Assembly (NCBI GenBank): GCA_026982375.1
Contig: JALSHF010000154.1
Location: 1 to 56,485 of the forward strand
Origin: Emcibacter sp.
GTDB lineage: Bacteria; Pseudomonadota; Alphaproteobacteria; Sphingomonadales; Emcibacteraceae
Direction of reading: 5' to 3'
Length of the DNA: 56,485 nucleotides
A program made the position numbers and the translations under genes. Under the pieces are notes generated by a model, which was not told the DNA's origin, ran no database searches, and saw nothing but the letters and a program-made list of their open reading frames with translations. How positions within the stretch are numbered: the stretch's first letter is position 1; each line of letters begins with the position of its first letter. Positions 38,178 through 49,030 of the stretch are shown here, piece by piece.

Positions 38178-41100
38178 GTGACGAGCTGGACACAAAAAAA
38201 ACTCAAGATTGACGCCATTGCAGATTTTGCTGCCGAAAGATTAAAGTCATCCTATGATGCGGGACATAATGCTGAATTCAATCAATTTATTCAGGATATG
38301 TATAAATATGCTGCCCCCGAGGAATTGGCCAATCGCCCCATTGATGAGCTTTACGCCGCCGCTCTTTCCCTGTGGAAATTTTGCGGTCAGCGTGCTGCGG
38401 GCCTCAGTAAAATCAAGGTATTCAACCCAACATTGGAGGAGCACGGCTGGACAGCAAACCATACCGTCATTCAAATCGTCAATGATGACATGCCCTTTCT
38501 TCTGGATTCCATCACATCAAACCTGCTTGAAGATGGCAATGACTTGCATATGCTGGTTCATCCAATCATTTCGTTCCAGCGAGATAAAAATGGCAATATT
38601 CTGCTCGCTTCATCCGAGAAAAAGGGCAAAAAAACCGGCGGCGTAAAAGTCACCGAATCCATCATGCATATTGAAATTACTGCCATGACGGATCCAAACC
38701 ATATCGCCGCGCTGGAGGCCAAGCTCAATAAGGTTGTCGGCTTTATTCGCGCGGCCATTGATGACTGGAAACCCATGCTCGCCAAGATGACAGAGGTGAG
38801 CAAGAATCTATCCAGCCTTCCAAAGTCAGCTGCAGACCCAAAACAAGCCAAAGAAGCTGTAGAGTTCCTGAAATGGTTGAAGGATGATAATTTCACCGTC
38901 CTCGGGTACCGGGAATATTTCCATACGCCTGCAAAAAGATCCCGCGGCGACGGCTATGGCATTCTGCGCGACCCTGATGTCTATATATTAAAAGGGCCAG
39001 AGGGTTTGGTGGCAATCTCTCCGGAAATTGAATATTTTATGAAGCAGCCGGATGTGATGCTGATCACCAAGGCAAATGTCAAATCCCTTGTCCACAGGGT
39101 TGTCCATATGGATTATATTGGTTTCAAGAAATATGATGCCAAGGGCAAGGTCGTCAGCGAAATTCGTTTCGTCGGCCTGTTTACCGCACAATCCTATCAA
39201 CAACGCGCCGAAACTGTCCCTTACCTTGATCGGAAAGTCCGTCATGTGATCGAAGATTCCGGCTTTACGGCAGAAAGTCATGATGGCCGTGCGCTCATGC
39301 ATATTCTGGAAACCCTGCCCAGAGACGAGCTATTCCAAATCAAAGAAGAGCTGCTTCTGGAAACAGCCATGGGCATATTACATCTGAAAGTCATGCCCCG
39401 TTGTCAGGCGTTCATCCGCAAAGACCGTTTTGAGCGTTATGTTTCCGCCCTGGTTTTTGTGCCGCGCGACTTATATGATTCTACGCTGCGGGGTAAAGTG
39501 GAAAAAATTCTCTGTGAAGCTTATAACGGCGAATTATCCTCCCATTATGCCCAGTTGAGTAATGAACGTATTGCCCGCTGGCATTTTATCATTCGCACAA
39601 AGCCGGGCAACGTACCAAACCCGGACACTGCAATTATTAATAAACGGCTCGCAGAAGCTGCCCAGCGCTGGAATGACCATCTTCACGAAGTCCTTAATGA
39701 ACGTTGGGGCGAGGAAGTGGGCACCAGCCTGTTCAAAAAATATTACAAGTCATTTTCACAATCTTACCGGCATCATTTTGACCCTCGTTTTGCCGTAACG
39801 GATATTGAAAAAGTCGAACAGCTGCCGGAAAGCGACAACATTCAATTTAATTTCTACCGTCTGGCAGAAGACCCCGACAATGCCATCCGGTTGAAAATAT
39901 ATACCAGCCACCAGACCATCGCCCTCAGCGATTGTCTGCCCATGCTGGAAAATCTTGGCCTGCGGGTTATCGAAGAATATGCCTTTTCGGTCAATACGGA
40001 AGAGTGCGGCAAAAATGTCAACCACGCCATCCATGATTTTTATCTTGAAGATCCGGCAAATAATTCTTTTGATCTGTCCAATATGAAAGACCGGCTGGAG
40101 AATAGCCTGCGGGCCGTCTGGATTGAGCGCATTGATAATGACGGGTTCAACAAACTGGTCTTTCGCGCGGGCATGAATTACCGCCAGGTGCTGGTCCTTA
40201 GAATTTACAGTAAATATCTGCGCCAGCTTGGCCTGTCCTATAGCGAATCTTACATGCAGGATACCCTGATCCAATATTGGGAAACAGCGCGGGATTTATC
40301 ACAGTTGTTCGAGATAAATTTTTCCATTGTTCTGCCAAAAGGCCTTGACCGCGAACAAGAAGCGGCCAAGATTGAAAAAAACATCCGAAAGCAGCTGGAA
40401 AATGTGGACAGTCTGGATCAGGACCGCATATTGCGCAGCTATCTTAATGTTATCACAAGCTCTCTTCGGACAAATTTTTATCAATCTGAAGAGGATGGTA
40501 CGAACAAGCCTTATGTCTCCATCAAAATCAACAGCCGTAACGTCAAAGAGGCGCCAAAACCCCGGCCTTATGCCGAAGTTTTTGTATATTCCCCGCGATT
40601 TGAGGGCGTGCATCTTCGTTTCGGCCCTGTGGCGCGCGGCGGCCTGCGCTGGTCCGATCGCCGCGAAGATTACCGCACAGAAGTTCTGGGTCTTGTGAAA
40701 GCCCAGCAGGTTAAAAACACCGTCATTGTCCCCGTTGGTGCCAAGGGCGGGTTTGTCCCAAAAAAAATACCCGCGAACGCCAACAGAGACGCTATTATGG
40801 AAGAGGGGGTAGCCTGTTATAAAACCTTCATTTCCGGGTTGCTGGATATCACGGATAATTTAAAAGATAATGACGTTGTCCCGCCGAAACAAGTTGTCCG
40901 GCGGGATGGTGATGACCCTTACCTTGTGGTCGCGGCAGACAAAGGAACCGCCACCTTCTCGGATATCGCCAATGGCATTGCCAAACATTATGGCTTCTGG
41001 CTGGATGATGCCTTTGCCTCTGGTGGCTCCAACGGCTATGACCATAAAAAAATGGGCATTACCGCCAAGGGTGCCTGGGTCTCGGTTCAACGCCATTTCA

Positions 41101-43022
41101 GGGAAAAGGATATTAATGTTCAAACAGATTCCATCTCCATTATCGGGGTTGGCGATATGTCTGGCGACGTCTTTGGCAATGGCTTGCTCTGTTCACAGGC
41201 TGTAAAGCTCGTCGCCGCCTTTGACCATCGGGATATTTTTATTGACCCGAACCCGGATCCCGCGACAAGTTATGCCGAGCGCAAGCGCCTGTTCGACCTG
41301 CCCCGTTCCAGCTGGGAGGATTACAATAAAAAACTTATTTCCAGAGGCGGCGGCGTCTTTAGCCGAAAATCCAAGTCCATTCCGCTCAGCCCGGAAATGA
41401 AACGACTGCTGGGTTTTGATGATTCCCAAGACGCGGCAGCCCCCAATGAGGTCATGAGAGCCATTCTCACCTCCCGCGCAGACCTCTTGTGGTTTGGCGG
41501 TATTGGCACCTATATCAAATCCTCGCGCGAGAGCCATTCCCAGGCCGGGGATCGCGCCAATGATGCCATTCGCATTGACGGGCGCGAGCTTAATTGTGTC
41601 GCCGTGGCCGAGGGCGGAAACCTTGCCTGCACGCAGCGCGGCCGAATAGAATATTGCCTCAATGGCGGATTGATCAATACGGATGCGGTCGATAATTCCG
41701 CCGGCGTGGATTGTTCGGACAATGAGGTAAATATCAAAATTTTGCTCAATGCGCTGGTAGAGGACGGCAAGCTCACCCCAAAACAACGGGATAATCTTCT
41801 TGTGGAAATGACCGACGAAGTGAGCGAGATTGTTCTCCACGACAATTATCTGCAAACGCAGGCCATCAGCCTCGCAAGATCCAGCAGCATTCGCGAGCTG
41901 GACAGCTTTGTCCGCTTCATGGATGATCTGGAAAAAACCGCCCATCTGGACCGGGAACTGGAATTTCTGCCCACCGATGATGAATTGATTGAGCGGACAG
42001 AAGGTGAGCTGGGCCTGACCCGCCCGGAAATTGCCGTCCTGATCGCCTATTCCAAAATGGGGCTTTATGATGACCTGATGGACAGCGATATTCTGGACGA
42101 CCCTTATCTGGAAAAATATCTTATCCGGGCCTTTCCTGCCCAGCTTCGGGAAAATTATCCTGAGGATATCTGCAAACATCAACTCAAACGCGACATCATT
42201 GCCAAGGAAATCTGTAATGAGATCGTCAATCGCGGCGGCATTCAATCCATTAAAGAAGAAACCGGCGCAATGCCATCGGATATTGCCCGGGCCTCTCTTC
42301 TTGCGGCGGAAGTCTTTGGCTTGAATGACCTTTATAAAAATATTGAAAGCCTTGATTATATCGCGCCGGCCACTATTCAAATCCTGATGTTAATGGATGT
42401 AGAGGCCTTTGCCCGCCGTCAAACCATATGGTTCCTGAATAATACAGATTCAAATCGGCCCATACAGGATATTATCGACCAGTTCAAACCGGGCATTCAA
42501 CAATTATTCGACGCGTCATCGGCGTTACAAGACTCATGCGATGATGGCCTGAAAAGTAAAATTGCCATGTATTGCGAACAGGGCGTTGATGAAAGACTGG
42601 CCACCCATATAGCCAATCTGGAATTAAAAATTGCGGCCTGTGATATTGTGCTGGTCGCCCTTGATATGAAAATTGATGTGGAAGATGTTGCGCGAGCCTA
42701 CTTTATGCTGGGGGATAAAATTGGCTTTGACTGGTTACGGGCCGAAGCAGAACTGGTGGAATCTTCAGACCATTGGGACAGGCTTGCCATCAATAGTGTT
42801 GTAACCGATCTTCTGGATCAACAAAAGAATCTGACTCGTTCTGCACTGAAGGACTTGAGAGAAGGTGACAGCATTGACGCCGCACAAAGCTGGTTGGAAA
42901 AAATCGGAAATTCAACAGATCGAATCCAAAAATTAATCCATGACTTTCAGACCTCTGGCCGTATTAACGTGACCAAGCTTGGTTTCGCCGCCCGCCAGAT
43001 CAGAAATGTGATTATTGATTAA
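38178..43022 (+). CDS. gdhB: Large NAD-specific glutamate dehydrogenase (GdhB/GdhZ type)
   Basis: DMPFL.DS, GVHLRFGPVARGGLRWSDR, AQQVKN, YLVVAADKGTATFSD, GDMSGDVFGNG and DNSAGVDCSD.EVNIKI. GTG start at 38178 after AAGGA. Confidence 0.96.
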   Translation: MTSWTQKKLKIDAIADFAAERLKSSYDAGHNAEFNQFIQDMYKYAAPEELANRPIDELYAAALSLWKFCGQRAAGLSKIKVFNPTLEEHGWTANHTVIQIVNDDMPFLLDSITSNLLEDGNDLHMLVHPIISFQRDKNGNILLASSEKKGKKTGGVKVTESIMHIEITAMTDPNHIAALEAKLNKVVGFIRAAIDDWKPMLAKMTEVSKNLSSLPKSAADPKQAKEAVEFLKWLKDDNFTVLGYREYFHTPAKRSRGDGYGILRDPDVYILKGPEGLVAISPEIEYFMKQPDVMLITKANVKSLVHRVVHMDYIGFKKYDAKGKVVSEIRFVGLFTAQSYQQRAETVPYLDRKVRHVIEDSGFTAESHDGRALMHILETLPRDELFQIKEELLLETAMGILHLKVMPRCQAFIRKDRFERYVSALVFVPRDLYDSTLRGKVEKILCEAYNGELSSHYAQLSNERIARWHFIIRTKPGNVPNPDTAIINKRLAEAAQRWNDHLHEVLNERWGEEVGTSLFKKYYKSFSQSYRHHFDPRFAVTDIEKVEQLPESDNIQFNFYRLAEDPDNAIRLKIYTSHQTIALSDCLPMLENLGLRVIEEYAFSVNTEECGKNVNHAIHDFYLEDPANNSFDLSNMKDRLENSLRAVWIERIDNDGFNKLVFRAGMNYRQVLVLRIYSKYLRQLGLSYSESYMQDTLIQYWETARDLSQLFEINFSIVLPKGLDREQEAAKIEKNIRKQLENVDSLDQDRILRSYLNVITSSLRTNFYQSEEDGTNKPYVSIKINSRNVKEAPKPRPYAEVFVYSPRFEGVHLRFGPVARGGLRWSDRREDYRTEVLGLVKAQQVKNTVIVPVGAKGGFVPKKIPANANRDAIMEEGVACYKTFISGLLDITDNLKDNDVVPPKQVVRRDGDDPYLVVAADKGTATFSDIANGIAKHYGFWLDDAFASGGSNGYDHKKMGITAKGAWVSVQRHFREKDINVQTDSISIIGVGDMSGDVFGNGLLCSQAVKLVAAFDHRDIFIDPNPDPATSYAERKRLFDLPRSSWEDYNKKLISRGGGVFSRKSKSIPLSPEMKRLLGFDDSQDAAAPNEVMRAILTSRADLLWFGGIGTYIKSSRESHSQAGDRANDAIRIDGRELNCVAVAEGGNLACTQRGRIEYCLNGGLINTDAVDNSAGVDCSDNEVNIKILLNALVEDGKLTPKQRDNLLVEMTDEVSEIVLHDNYLQTQAISLARSSSIRELDSFVRFMDDLEKTAHLDRELEFLPTDDELIERTEGELGLTRPEIAVLIAYSKMGLYDDLMDSDILDDPYLEKYLIRAFPAQLRENYPEDICKHQLKRDIIAKEICNEIVNRGGIQSIKEETGAMPSDIARASLLAAEVFGLNDLYKNIESLDYIAPATIQILMLMDVEAFARRQTIWFLNNTDSNRPIQDIIDQFKPGIQQLFDASSALQDSCDDGLKSKIAMYCEQGVDERLATHIANLELKIAACDIVLVALDMKIDVEDVARAYFMLGDKIGFDWLRAEAELVESSDHWDRLAINSVVTDLLDQQKNLTRSALKDLREGDSIDAAQSWLEKIGNSTDRIQKLIHDFQTSGRINVTKLGFAARQIRNVIID

Positions 43023-43039
43023 TCTGTAAGAACCCAAAT

Positions 43040-43068
43040 AAAAAGCGGCTCTATGTGAGCCGCTTTTT
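43040..43068. terminator. Bidirectional intrinsic terminator between gdh and purH
   Basis: AAAAAGCGGCTC-TATGT-GAGCCGCTTTTT. Confidence 0.9.
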
Positions 43069-43097
43069 TATTCTATTTCGCCAGAACACTCTGACAA

Positions 43098-44699
43098 TCA
43101 ATGCCTGAAATGGCGCATTCCCGTCATAACCATGGCAAGGCCGCGCTCATTGGCCGCGGCGATCACTTCCTCATCACGCATGGATCCGCCCGGCTGAATC
43201 ACGGCGGTAACGCCGGCCTCTGCGGCGTGAATCAAGCCATCGGCAAAGGGAAAAAAGGCATCCGATGCCACCACAGATCCTTTGGTCATGGCCTCTGATA
43301 ATCCGGCGGCAGCACTGGCATCTTCTGATTTTCGTACCGCAACGCGCGCGCTGTCAATGCGGCTCATCTGTCCGGCTCCGATACCGACGGTCGCCCCGTC
43401 CTTGACATAAATAATCGCGTTTGATTTCACATGTTTACATACTGTAAAAGCAAACAACAGATCTTGTAATTCCTGCGGCGTCGGACGGCGTTCCGTCACC
43501 ACTTTCAAATCATCCATGGTGACTTTACCATTGTCTCTGGCCTGCAGCAGATAACCGCCGGCAACGGATTTTATGGTTTGGCCGCCGGCCCGCGGATCGG
43601 CCAGGCCGCCGGTTAAAAGCAGCCGCAGGTTTTTCTTTCCCGCCAAAATTTCCAGCGCCTTTTCATCGGCATCGGGGGCAATCACCACCTCGGTAAAGAT
43701 TTTAACGATCTCTTCGGCGGTCGCCGCATCCAGCGTGCCATTCAAGGCAATAATACCGCCAAAGGCGCTTGTCTGATCACACAGCAAGGCGCGCTTATAG
43801 GCCTCGGTCAATGTGGCGGCCTGCGCCACACCGCACGGGTTGGCATGTTTGATAATCGCAACCGCCGGGCCGATTTTTGAGCCAAATTCACTGACCAGCT
43901 CAAAGGCCGCATCAGTATCATTCAGATTATTATAGCTCAATTCCTTGCCCTGAATTTGCCGCGCTGTCGCAATGCCGGGCCGGGGCTTGGAACCACGGCT
44001 TGTGTAAAAGGCAGCGTCCTGATGGGGGTTTTCGCCGTAACGTAATATTTGCTGACGATTGGCGGTAATGTTAATCCGATCCGGATAGGCATGTCCGACC
44101 TCTTTCGCGAACCAGCTGGAAATGGCTGCATCATAAGACCCCGTTCGCGCAAAAGCCGTTGCGGCCAGCTTTTTACGCAACGCTATAGTTGTGGCGCCGT
44201 TATTTTCCATCATGGAAGCTCTGACCGCGTCATAATCGCCGGCTTCGACGACCACTGTCACAAATTTATGGTTCTTCGCAGCAGACCGGATCATGGCCGG
44301 GCCGCCAATATCAATATTTTCAATGCATGTGGCGAAATCCGCGCCCTTTTCCACGGTTTCTTCAAAAGGGTATAAGTTAACCACCAGCAAATCAATCCGG
44401 GCGATATCATGGTCGGCCATGGCCTTGACATGGGCCTCATCATCCCGCAGCGCGAGCAGGCCGCCGTGGATTTTTGGGTGCAATGTCTTGACCCGGCCAT
44501 CCATCATTTCCGGAAATCCCGTGTGATCCGATACTTCCGTCACAGCGACGCCCGCATCGGCCAATGCCTTGGCCGTGCCGCCGGTAGACAGAATTTCCAC
44601 CCCCTGACTTTCAAGAAATTGCCCGAATTCTATCAGGCCGCTTTTATCAGATACGGACAATAATGCCCGCTTGATGGGGGCTGGGTTTCTATCACTCAT
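43098..44699 (-). CDS. purH: Bifunctional AICAR transformylase/IMP cyclohydrolase
   Basis: [45 protein letters not shown] and RHFRH. Confidence 0.98.
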   Translation of the reverse strand: MSDRNPAPIKRALLSVSDKSGLIEFGQFLESQGVEILSTGGTAKALADAGVAVTEVSDHTGFPEMMDGRVKTLHPKIHGGLLALRDDEAHVKAMADHDIARIDLLVVNLYPFEETVEKGADFATCIENIDIGGPAMIRSAAKNHKFVTVVVEAGDYDAVRASMMENNGATTIALRKKLAATAFARTGSYDAAISSWFAKEVGHAYPDRINITANRQQILRYGENPHQDAAFYTSRGSKPRPGIATARQIQGKELSYNNLNDTDAAFELVSEFGSKIGPAVAIIKHANPCGVAQAATLTEAYKRALLCDQTSAFGGIIALNGTLDAATAEEIVKIFTEVVIAPDADEKALEILAGKKNLRLLLTGGLADPRAGGQTIKSVAGGYLLQARDNGKVTMDDLKVVTERRPTPQELQDLLFAFTVCKHVKSNAIIYVKDGATVGIGAGQMSRIDSARVAVRKSEDASAAAGLSEAMTKGSVVASDAFFPFADGLIHAAEAGVTAVIQPGGSMRDEEVIAAANERGLAMVMTGMRHFRH

Positions 44700-44780
44700 C
44701 ACATGATCCTACTCAATTTCGTTGTCCGGAATTACAAAACTAGGGCGTAAAGGATTAGGGTCGCTGCCGCAAGAAAAAAA

Positions 44781-46556
44781 TCAGGCTTTTCCTGAAGTCT
44801 TCTGTTCAATGCGGCGCAGTGACCATTTTATCACGGTTTTTGACTCGCTTGCGGTTACTATTTGGCCTGATATGACAATCTGGCGCGTTTTTTTCTGACG
44901 ATTTCCCTCTCCAAGATACAAGCTTTCTTCCAGAAACAGCCTTCCGCCCGAACATTGAAATTGCCAATATTCCGATGTCGGCAGCCGCAATAACAGACGA
45001 TCATCCGCCCCTTGCCGGGTGATCGTGACATCCGGGTGAATATGAAAACGAACATCAAATTTTGGCGGCTCTTCTTTGAGTAATGGCGTTTTAACCTCCA
45101 GAATATCCTCTCCGCGCACATCATCACCAGTATCATTCATATAAATTGTCCGGTGATGCATAACGCCAAAATGCCGCATATAGCCATCATGGCTGGCTTC
45201 CAGCAACAGATGGCCATCCACGTTGCTTTGCTGGCTCTCCACCATCGTCGGGCCGCGCCCGATCAAGCCATCAGGACGAATTTCGCTGGAATTTTTATCT
45301 TGCAGGACAATTGTTGAGTGGGCGGCCGTTGACCGCGCCAACCTGTCAAGGTCATTCGTCGCAAGATTGGGCAGCGCGCGCGCACTGCCGCAATTTACAA
45401 TGATCCTTTGTTTGGCGCAGCTCATTTCAAACGACAAGGTTCCGGCATGGCAATGCTGGCTGATATCCACAGGGGCCGGCGGGCCGGTATCGATAATGAC
45501 AAGCACACTCCCTTGCTGAAGTCGCCTATAACTACTTTTTTCATCCGTAACCTTAAAGGGCTCTTGGGCGGCGTCTTTTGCAGATTTGGCAAGACACAGG
45601 GTAGCGGCTATTTCTTGCGCGTCCAGCCCAGCCGCGCCATTAAAAAGTGCGAGGCGGCCATCACCATGCACCATCGCCTTTAGACTTGCCGCCATATGGT
45701 TTATGGCGACATTCAACTTTTCTGGAACATCATGCCCCATAGCCTTATAAGACGCCCGGATCATCAGAAAATTTCGCAGAATATGATAGATATCTTCCGG
45801 ACAACGGCTTTGGGTTCCGCCGTCCTCAAGTATTTCTTCGTCCAAAGCCTGATGGAGTAAGGATGTGCCTTTTTTCAACCAGTCTTCGCCATAAGGAATA
45901 TAAAGGCCCGCGAGAATAAGCCCCATAACGGCATTCATCCGAGGCAGGCCCCGCAGGGATTTATCTGCGGCATAATGAAGATGGCGCGACTGGCGGGCCA
46001 GACAATTTAATATTTTGCTGCGGTATATCATGTCATTGCTGTCAAGAATAAGCGGCGCATAAACCATCCAATTGACAATCCGCTGACCAATGATGTCCGG
46101 CAACCAGAACAGCTCATGCCATTGATCATAATTTTCAAGCCAGTGCGCCGTCAATGCCTGGGCTTTCTTACGCGCGGCATTCCGGTCCAGGCAGAGATTT
46201 AAATCCCTAAGCCAGCAAAAAGAATGTAAATATTCCTGCCATTTCAGCCCCAAGGCACGGGCGTGCCATATGTCATCCCCGTGCCATTCACCGTTTTTAT
46301 GGTTTGGATTCTTCAAGACCTGCCCCGCGCAAAAAAATCGATTGGACAGAATATGAGAGCCCGCCGCCACCGATATGGATGGCCCCGTTCTGGCCCAAAG
46401 ATCTTTTGGCGTGCCAAGCAAGCGCAGGGGGTGTTTGCCTTTCAGGCGATATTCATGATACCGGCTGGCATAGCTGGCCCTTTTCGCCAGCGCCTTAAGG
46501 TGTTTTTGAATTTTGCCCATATGCGGCGTATCTGTTTGGCGGTGAATTTGCGACAT
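44781..46556 (-). CDS. Heparinase II/III-like family protein
   Basis: YLHSF.WLRDL, H.DG.LALFNG, HAGTLSFE, RSTAAHST, ASHDGY and RFHIHP; rsmB/purH synteny. Confidence 0.85.
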   Translation of the reverse strand: MSQIHRQTDTPHMGKIQKHLKALAKRASYASRYHEYRLKGKHPLRLLGTPKDLWARTGPSISVAAGSHILSNRFFCAGQVLKNPNHKNGEWHGDDIWHARALGLKWQEYLHSFCWLRDLNLCLDRNAARKKAQALTAHWLENYDQWHELFWLPDIIGQRIVNWMVYAPLILDSNDMIYRSKILNCLARQSRHLHYAADKSLRGLPRMNAVMGLILAGLYIPYGEDWLKKGTSLLHQALDEEILEDGGTQSRCPEDIYHILRNFLMIRASYKAMGHDVPEKLNVAINHMAASLKAMVHGDGRLALFNGAAGLDAQEIAATLCLAKSAKDAAQEPFKVTDEKSSYRRLQQGSVLVIIDTGPPAPVDISQHCHAGTLSFEMSCAKQRIIVNCGSARALPNLATNDLDRLARSTAAHSTIVLQDKNSSEIRPDGLIGRGPTMVESQQSNVDGHLLLEASHDGYMRHFGVMHHRTIYMNDTGDDVRGEDILEVKTPLLKEEPPKFDVRFHIHPDVTITRQGADDRLLLRLPTSEYWQFQCSGGRLFLEESLYLGEGNRQKKTRQIVISGQIVTASESKTVIKWSLRRIEQKTSGKA

Positions 46557-46586
46557 AGATGTTTGTCTCTGAGATGTTTGTCTCTG
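46557..46586. repeat. Perfect 2 x 15-bp tandem repeat abutting the heparinase-like start codon
   Basis: AGATGTTTGTCTCTG twice. Confidence 0.92.
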
Positions 46587-46641
46587 ATGGTCATTCAGGC
46601 AGAAAAAATTATTATATCACATGTTTTAGAATGGGGCAGCC

Positions 46642-47301
46642 TTATCCCCGAAGTTTCCGAATATTCTCGGCATAATGGGCGGGGCCGCCGGTAAAGCTTG
46701 CCGTTCCCGCGACCAGAACATCTGCGCCGGCCTGCGTCACCAGTTTTGCGGTCTCAGGCGTGATGCCGCCATCAACCTGAAGATCAATATCCCGGCCACT
46801 ATCCTCAATCATCTGGCGAATCCGGCTTATTTTCGCCAATTGGCTCATAATGAATTTCTGGCCGCCAAATCCGGGGTTGACGCTCATGACCAGAATCAAA
46901 TCCACCATATCCATCACATTGTCCAGCATTTCCACCGGCGAGCCCGGATTCAGGGAAATTCCGGCCTTGATGCCCAGTGATTTAATCAGCTGAAGCGTCC
47001 GGTGAAAATGCGGCGTTGCTTCGGCATGAATGGTGATAATATCAGAGCCCGCATCGGCAAAATCCTTGATATAAGCATCCACAGGAGAAATCATCAGATG
47101 GACATCAAAGACTTTCTTACTGAATGGCCTTATGGCCTTCACCACCGCCGGGCCAATGGTAATATTGGGCACAAAATGACCATCCATCACATCCACATGA
47201 ATATAATCCGCGCCGGCCGCATCAATGGCCGCGATTTCAGCACCCAGCTGAGCAAAATCCGCCGAGAGGATCGAAGGGGCAATTCTGATATTTTTTTGCA
47301 T
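46642..47301 (-). CDS. rpe: Ribulose-phosphate 3-epimerase
   Basis: [37 protein letters not shown] and VDGGI. Confidence 0.98.
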   Translation of the reverse strand: MQKNIRIAPSILSADFAQLGAEIAAIDAAGADYIHVDVMDGHFVPNITIGPAVVKAIRPFSKKVFDVHLMISPVDAYIKDFADAGSDIITIHAEATPHFHRTLQLIKSLGIKAGISLNPGSPVEMLDNVMDMVDLILVMSVNPGFGGQKFIMSQLAKISRIRQMIEDSGRDIDLQVDGGITPETAKLVTQAGADVLVAGTASFTGGPAHYAENIRKLRG

Positions 47302-47317
47302 AGATAGTCCCTAAAAA

Positions 47318-48625
47318 TTAATCTGCCGTTTTTGTCAGGCGGCTTATGAAAAACCCGTCCATCCCCCCGGGATAATTATGGGGCAGGGTTTGTACGTCAC
47401 CCTCAGGCAACACAGAATTCTCAAACCCGGGCAATTCCGCCGCGTTAATTCTCTTTCGTTTTACCGCCGCGCTGCGCTCCAGTAAAGCTTTTATCTGATC
47501 CGGACCCTCTTCGGCCTGCAATGAACATACACAATAAACCAGCACGCCGCCCACAGGCATCATCTCAATCGCCGCATCAAGAAGCCGCGCCTGTATCTCT
47601 GCCAGCGCCGTAATATCCCCCGGGCCCCTGCTGCGGCTGACATCCGGGTGGCGGCGCATGGTGCCGGTCGAAGAACAGGGCGCATCAAGCAGGATATAAG
47701 GAAATTCCTTTTCCGGTTTATAATGCGCCGCATCTGACGTCACAACGTCACAGGAAAGTTTCAGGCGGTCCATATTTTCCTGCAGCCGCCGCAAGCGCCG
47801 TTTTGACTGGTCTACAGCGGTGACCATGCAGCCCTTGGCGGCGGATTGCGCGGCCTTGCCCCCGGGCGCGGCACAAAGATCTAAAACAAAATCGCCTTCT
47901 TTGGCGCCCAAAAGCGTTACCGGCAGGCTGGCGGCCACATCCTGTATCCACCAAACCCCGTCATCATAGCCGGGAAGATTCTGCACAAGCCCGGGTTTTT
48001 CCACCCTGACCGATCCATTGGGCAATAACATCCCGCCAAGCTTTGCCGCCCAAGCCTCTCCGTCCAATTGGGGCTTCAGGGTAAAATCCAGCGGCGGCTC
48101 TTCCAAGAGGGCAAGGGCGATTTTATCCACATCTTCTGCACCATAACGCGCCGCCCAGCTTGCTTTAAGCCATTTCGGGATATTCAGGTTCGGAGAAAAT
48201 TTTGTGGAGAATTTTTCCTGCTCCCGGTCTATTCGTCTTAAGATAGCATTGACCATGCCCTTGGTATGGCGGTCTGAGGTGTTTTTTTGTTTGTCGGTCA
48301 TTTTTACCGCCGAATTTACCGCCGCATGGGCCGGAACCGCCATATAGAGCAATTGGGTGATGCCAAGCCGCAGGATATTACGGATGGTCGTCTGCTTGCT
48401 GGTCAGCTTTTTTGACGTACAATGATTGATCATCGCATCCAGCTGTCCAAGGCGGCGCATACAGGTGGTGCCGAGGTGGCGCACAAAACCCCGATCCTGA
48501 CCGGATAGTCTATCGCCGTAATGCTGGCATGTTTGCTCAAATGCCTGATCAAGAGGCAAATGTTCATCGAGCATTTTTTCCAAAAAACCGAGCGCCGCCC
48601 AGCGGCCTGTCAGATCATTTGCCAT
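47318..48625 (-). CDS. rsmB: 16S rRNA m5C967 methyltransferase (RsmB/Sun)
   Basis: NusB-like N-terminal domain; IQD.AA, DLCAAPGGK, DAPCSSTG..RRHPD and YCVCSL. Confidence 0.9.
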   Translation of the reverse strand: MANDLTGRWAALGFLEKMLDEHLPLDQAFEQTCQHYGDRLSGQDRGFVRHLGTTCMRRLGQLDAMINHCTSKKLTSKQTTIRNILRLGITQLLYMAVPAHAAVNSAVKMTDKQKNTSDRHTKGMVNAILRRIDREQEKFSTKFSPNLNIPKWLKASWAARYGAEDVDKIALALLEEPPLDFTLKPQLDGEAWAAKLGGMLLPNGSVRVEKPGLVQNLPGYDDGVWWIQDVAASLPVTLLGAKEGDFVLDLCAAPGGKAAQSAAKGCMVTAVDQSKRRLRRLQENMDRLKLSCDVVTSDAAHYKPEKEFPYILLDAPCSSTGTMRRHPDVSRSRGPGDITALAEIQARLLDAAIEMMPVGGVLVYCVCSLQAEEGPDQIKALLERSAAVKRKRINAAELPGFENSVLPEGDVQTLPHNYPGGMDGFFISRLTKTAD

Positions 48626-48815
48626 CTGTGATTAATCCTTGGGTCATATGTCATTTCGTATCTTTAGGGGGGTAACATAAGCCCTCATGCAAACCAAGAA
48701 GAAAAGCGGGATTGCGCCATATACCCCCATTCTATTTTATTTTAAGTCATGACCTTTATATAAATTATCTGCTATATAGGGAAATAATCTATCATATTAA
48801 CTGGTGATACTACCG

Positions 48816-48995
48816 ATGAGTGAACAGAAGAAGTCAAAAAACCCAATGAAGAAACCTTTGGCCAATGAGGGGGCAACCCGTGATCATACCGCGCGCAAGC
48901 CTGCCACCGCCCCAAAAGAAATTGGCGGCAGAAAAGGGCCGGAACCCACCCGTTACGGCGATTGGGAAAATAAAGGTATCGCCTCTGATTTTTAA
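48816..48995 (+). CDS. DUF1674 / SdhAF4-like small protein
   Basis: EIGGRKGPEPTRYGDWE.KG.ASDF signature. Confidence 0.9.
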   Translation: MSEQKKSKNPMKKPLANEGATRDHTARKPATAPKEIGGRKGPEPTRYGDWENKGIASDF

Positions 48996-49030
48996 GATCA
49001 CTATCGGCCATGAATGACAAAGGATGCCTT

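Noticed and set aside
41193-42380. 395-aa antisense ORF within gdh
   Set aside because: It lies entirely opposite the most conserved part of gdh and has no recognisable motifs; codon bias explains it.
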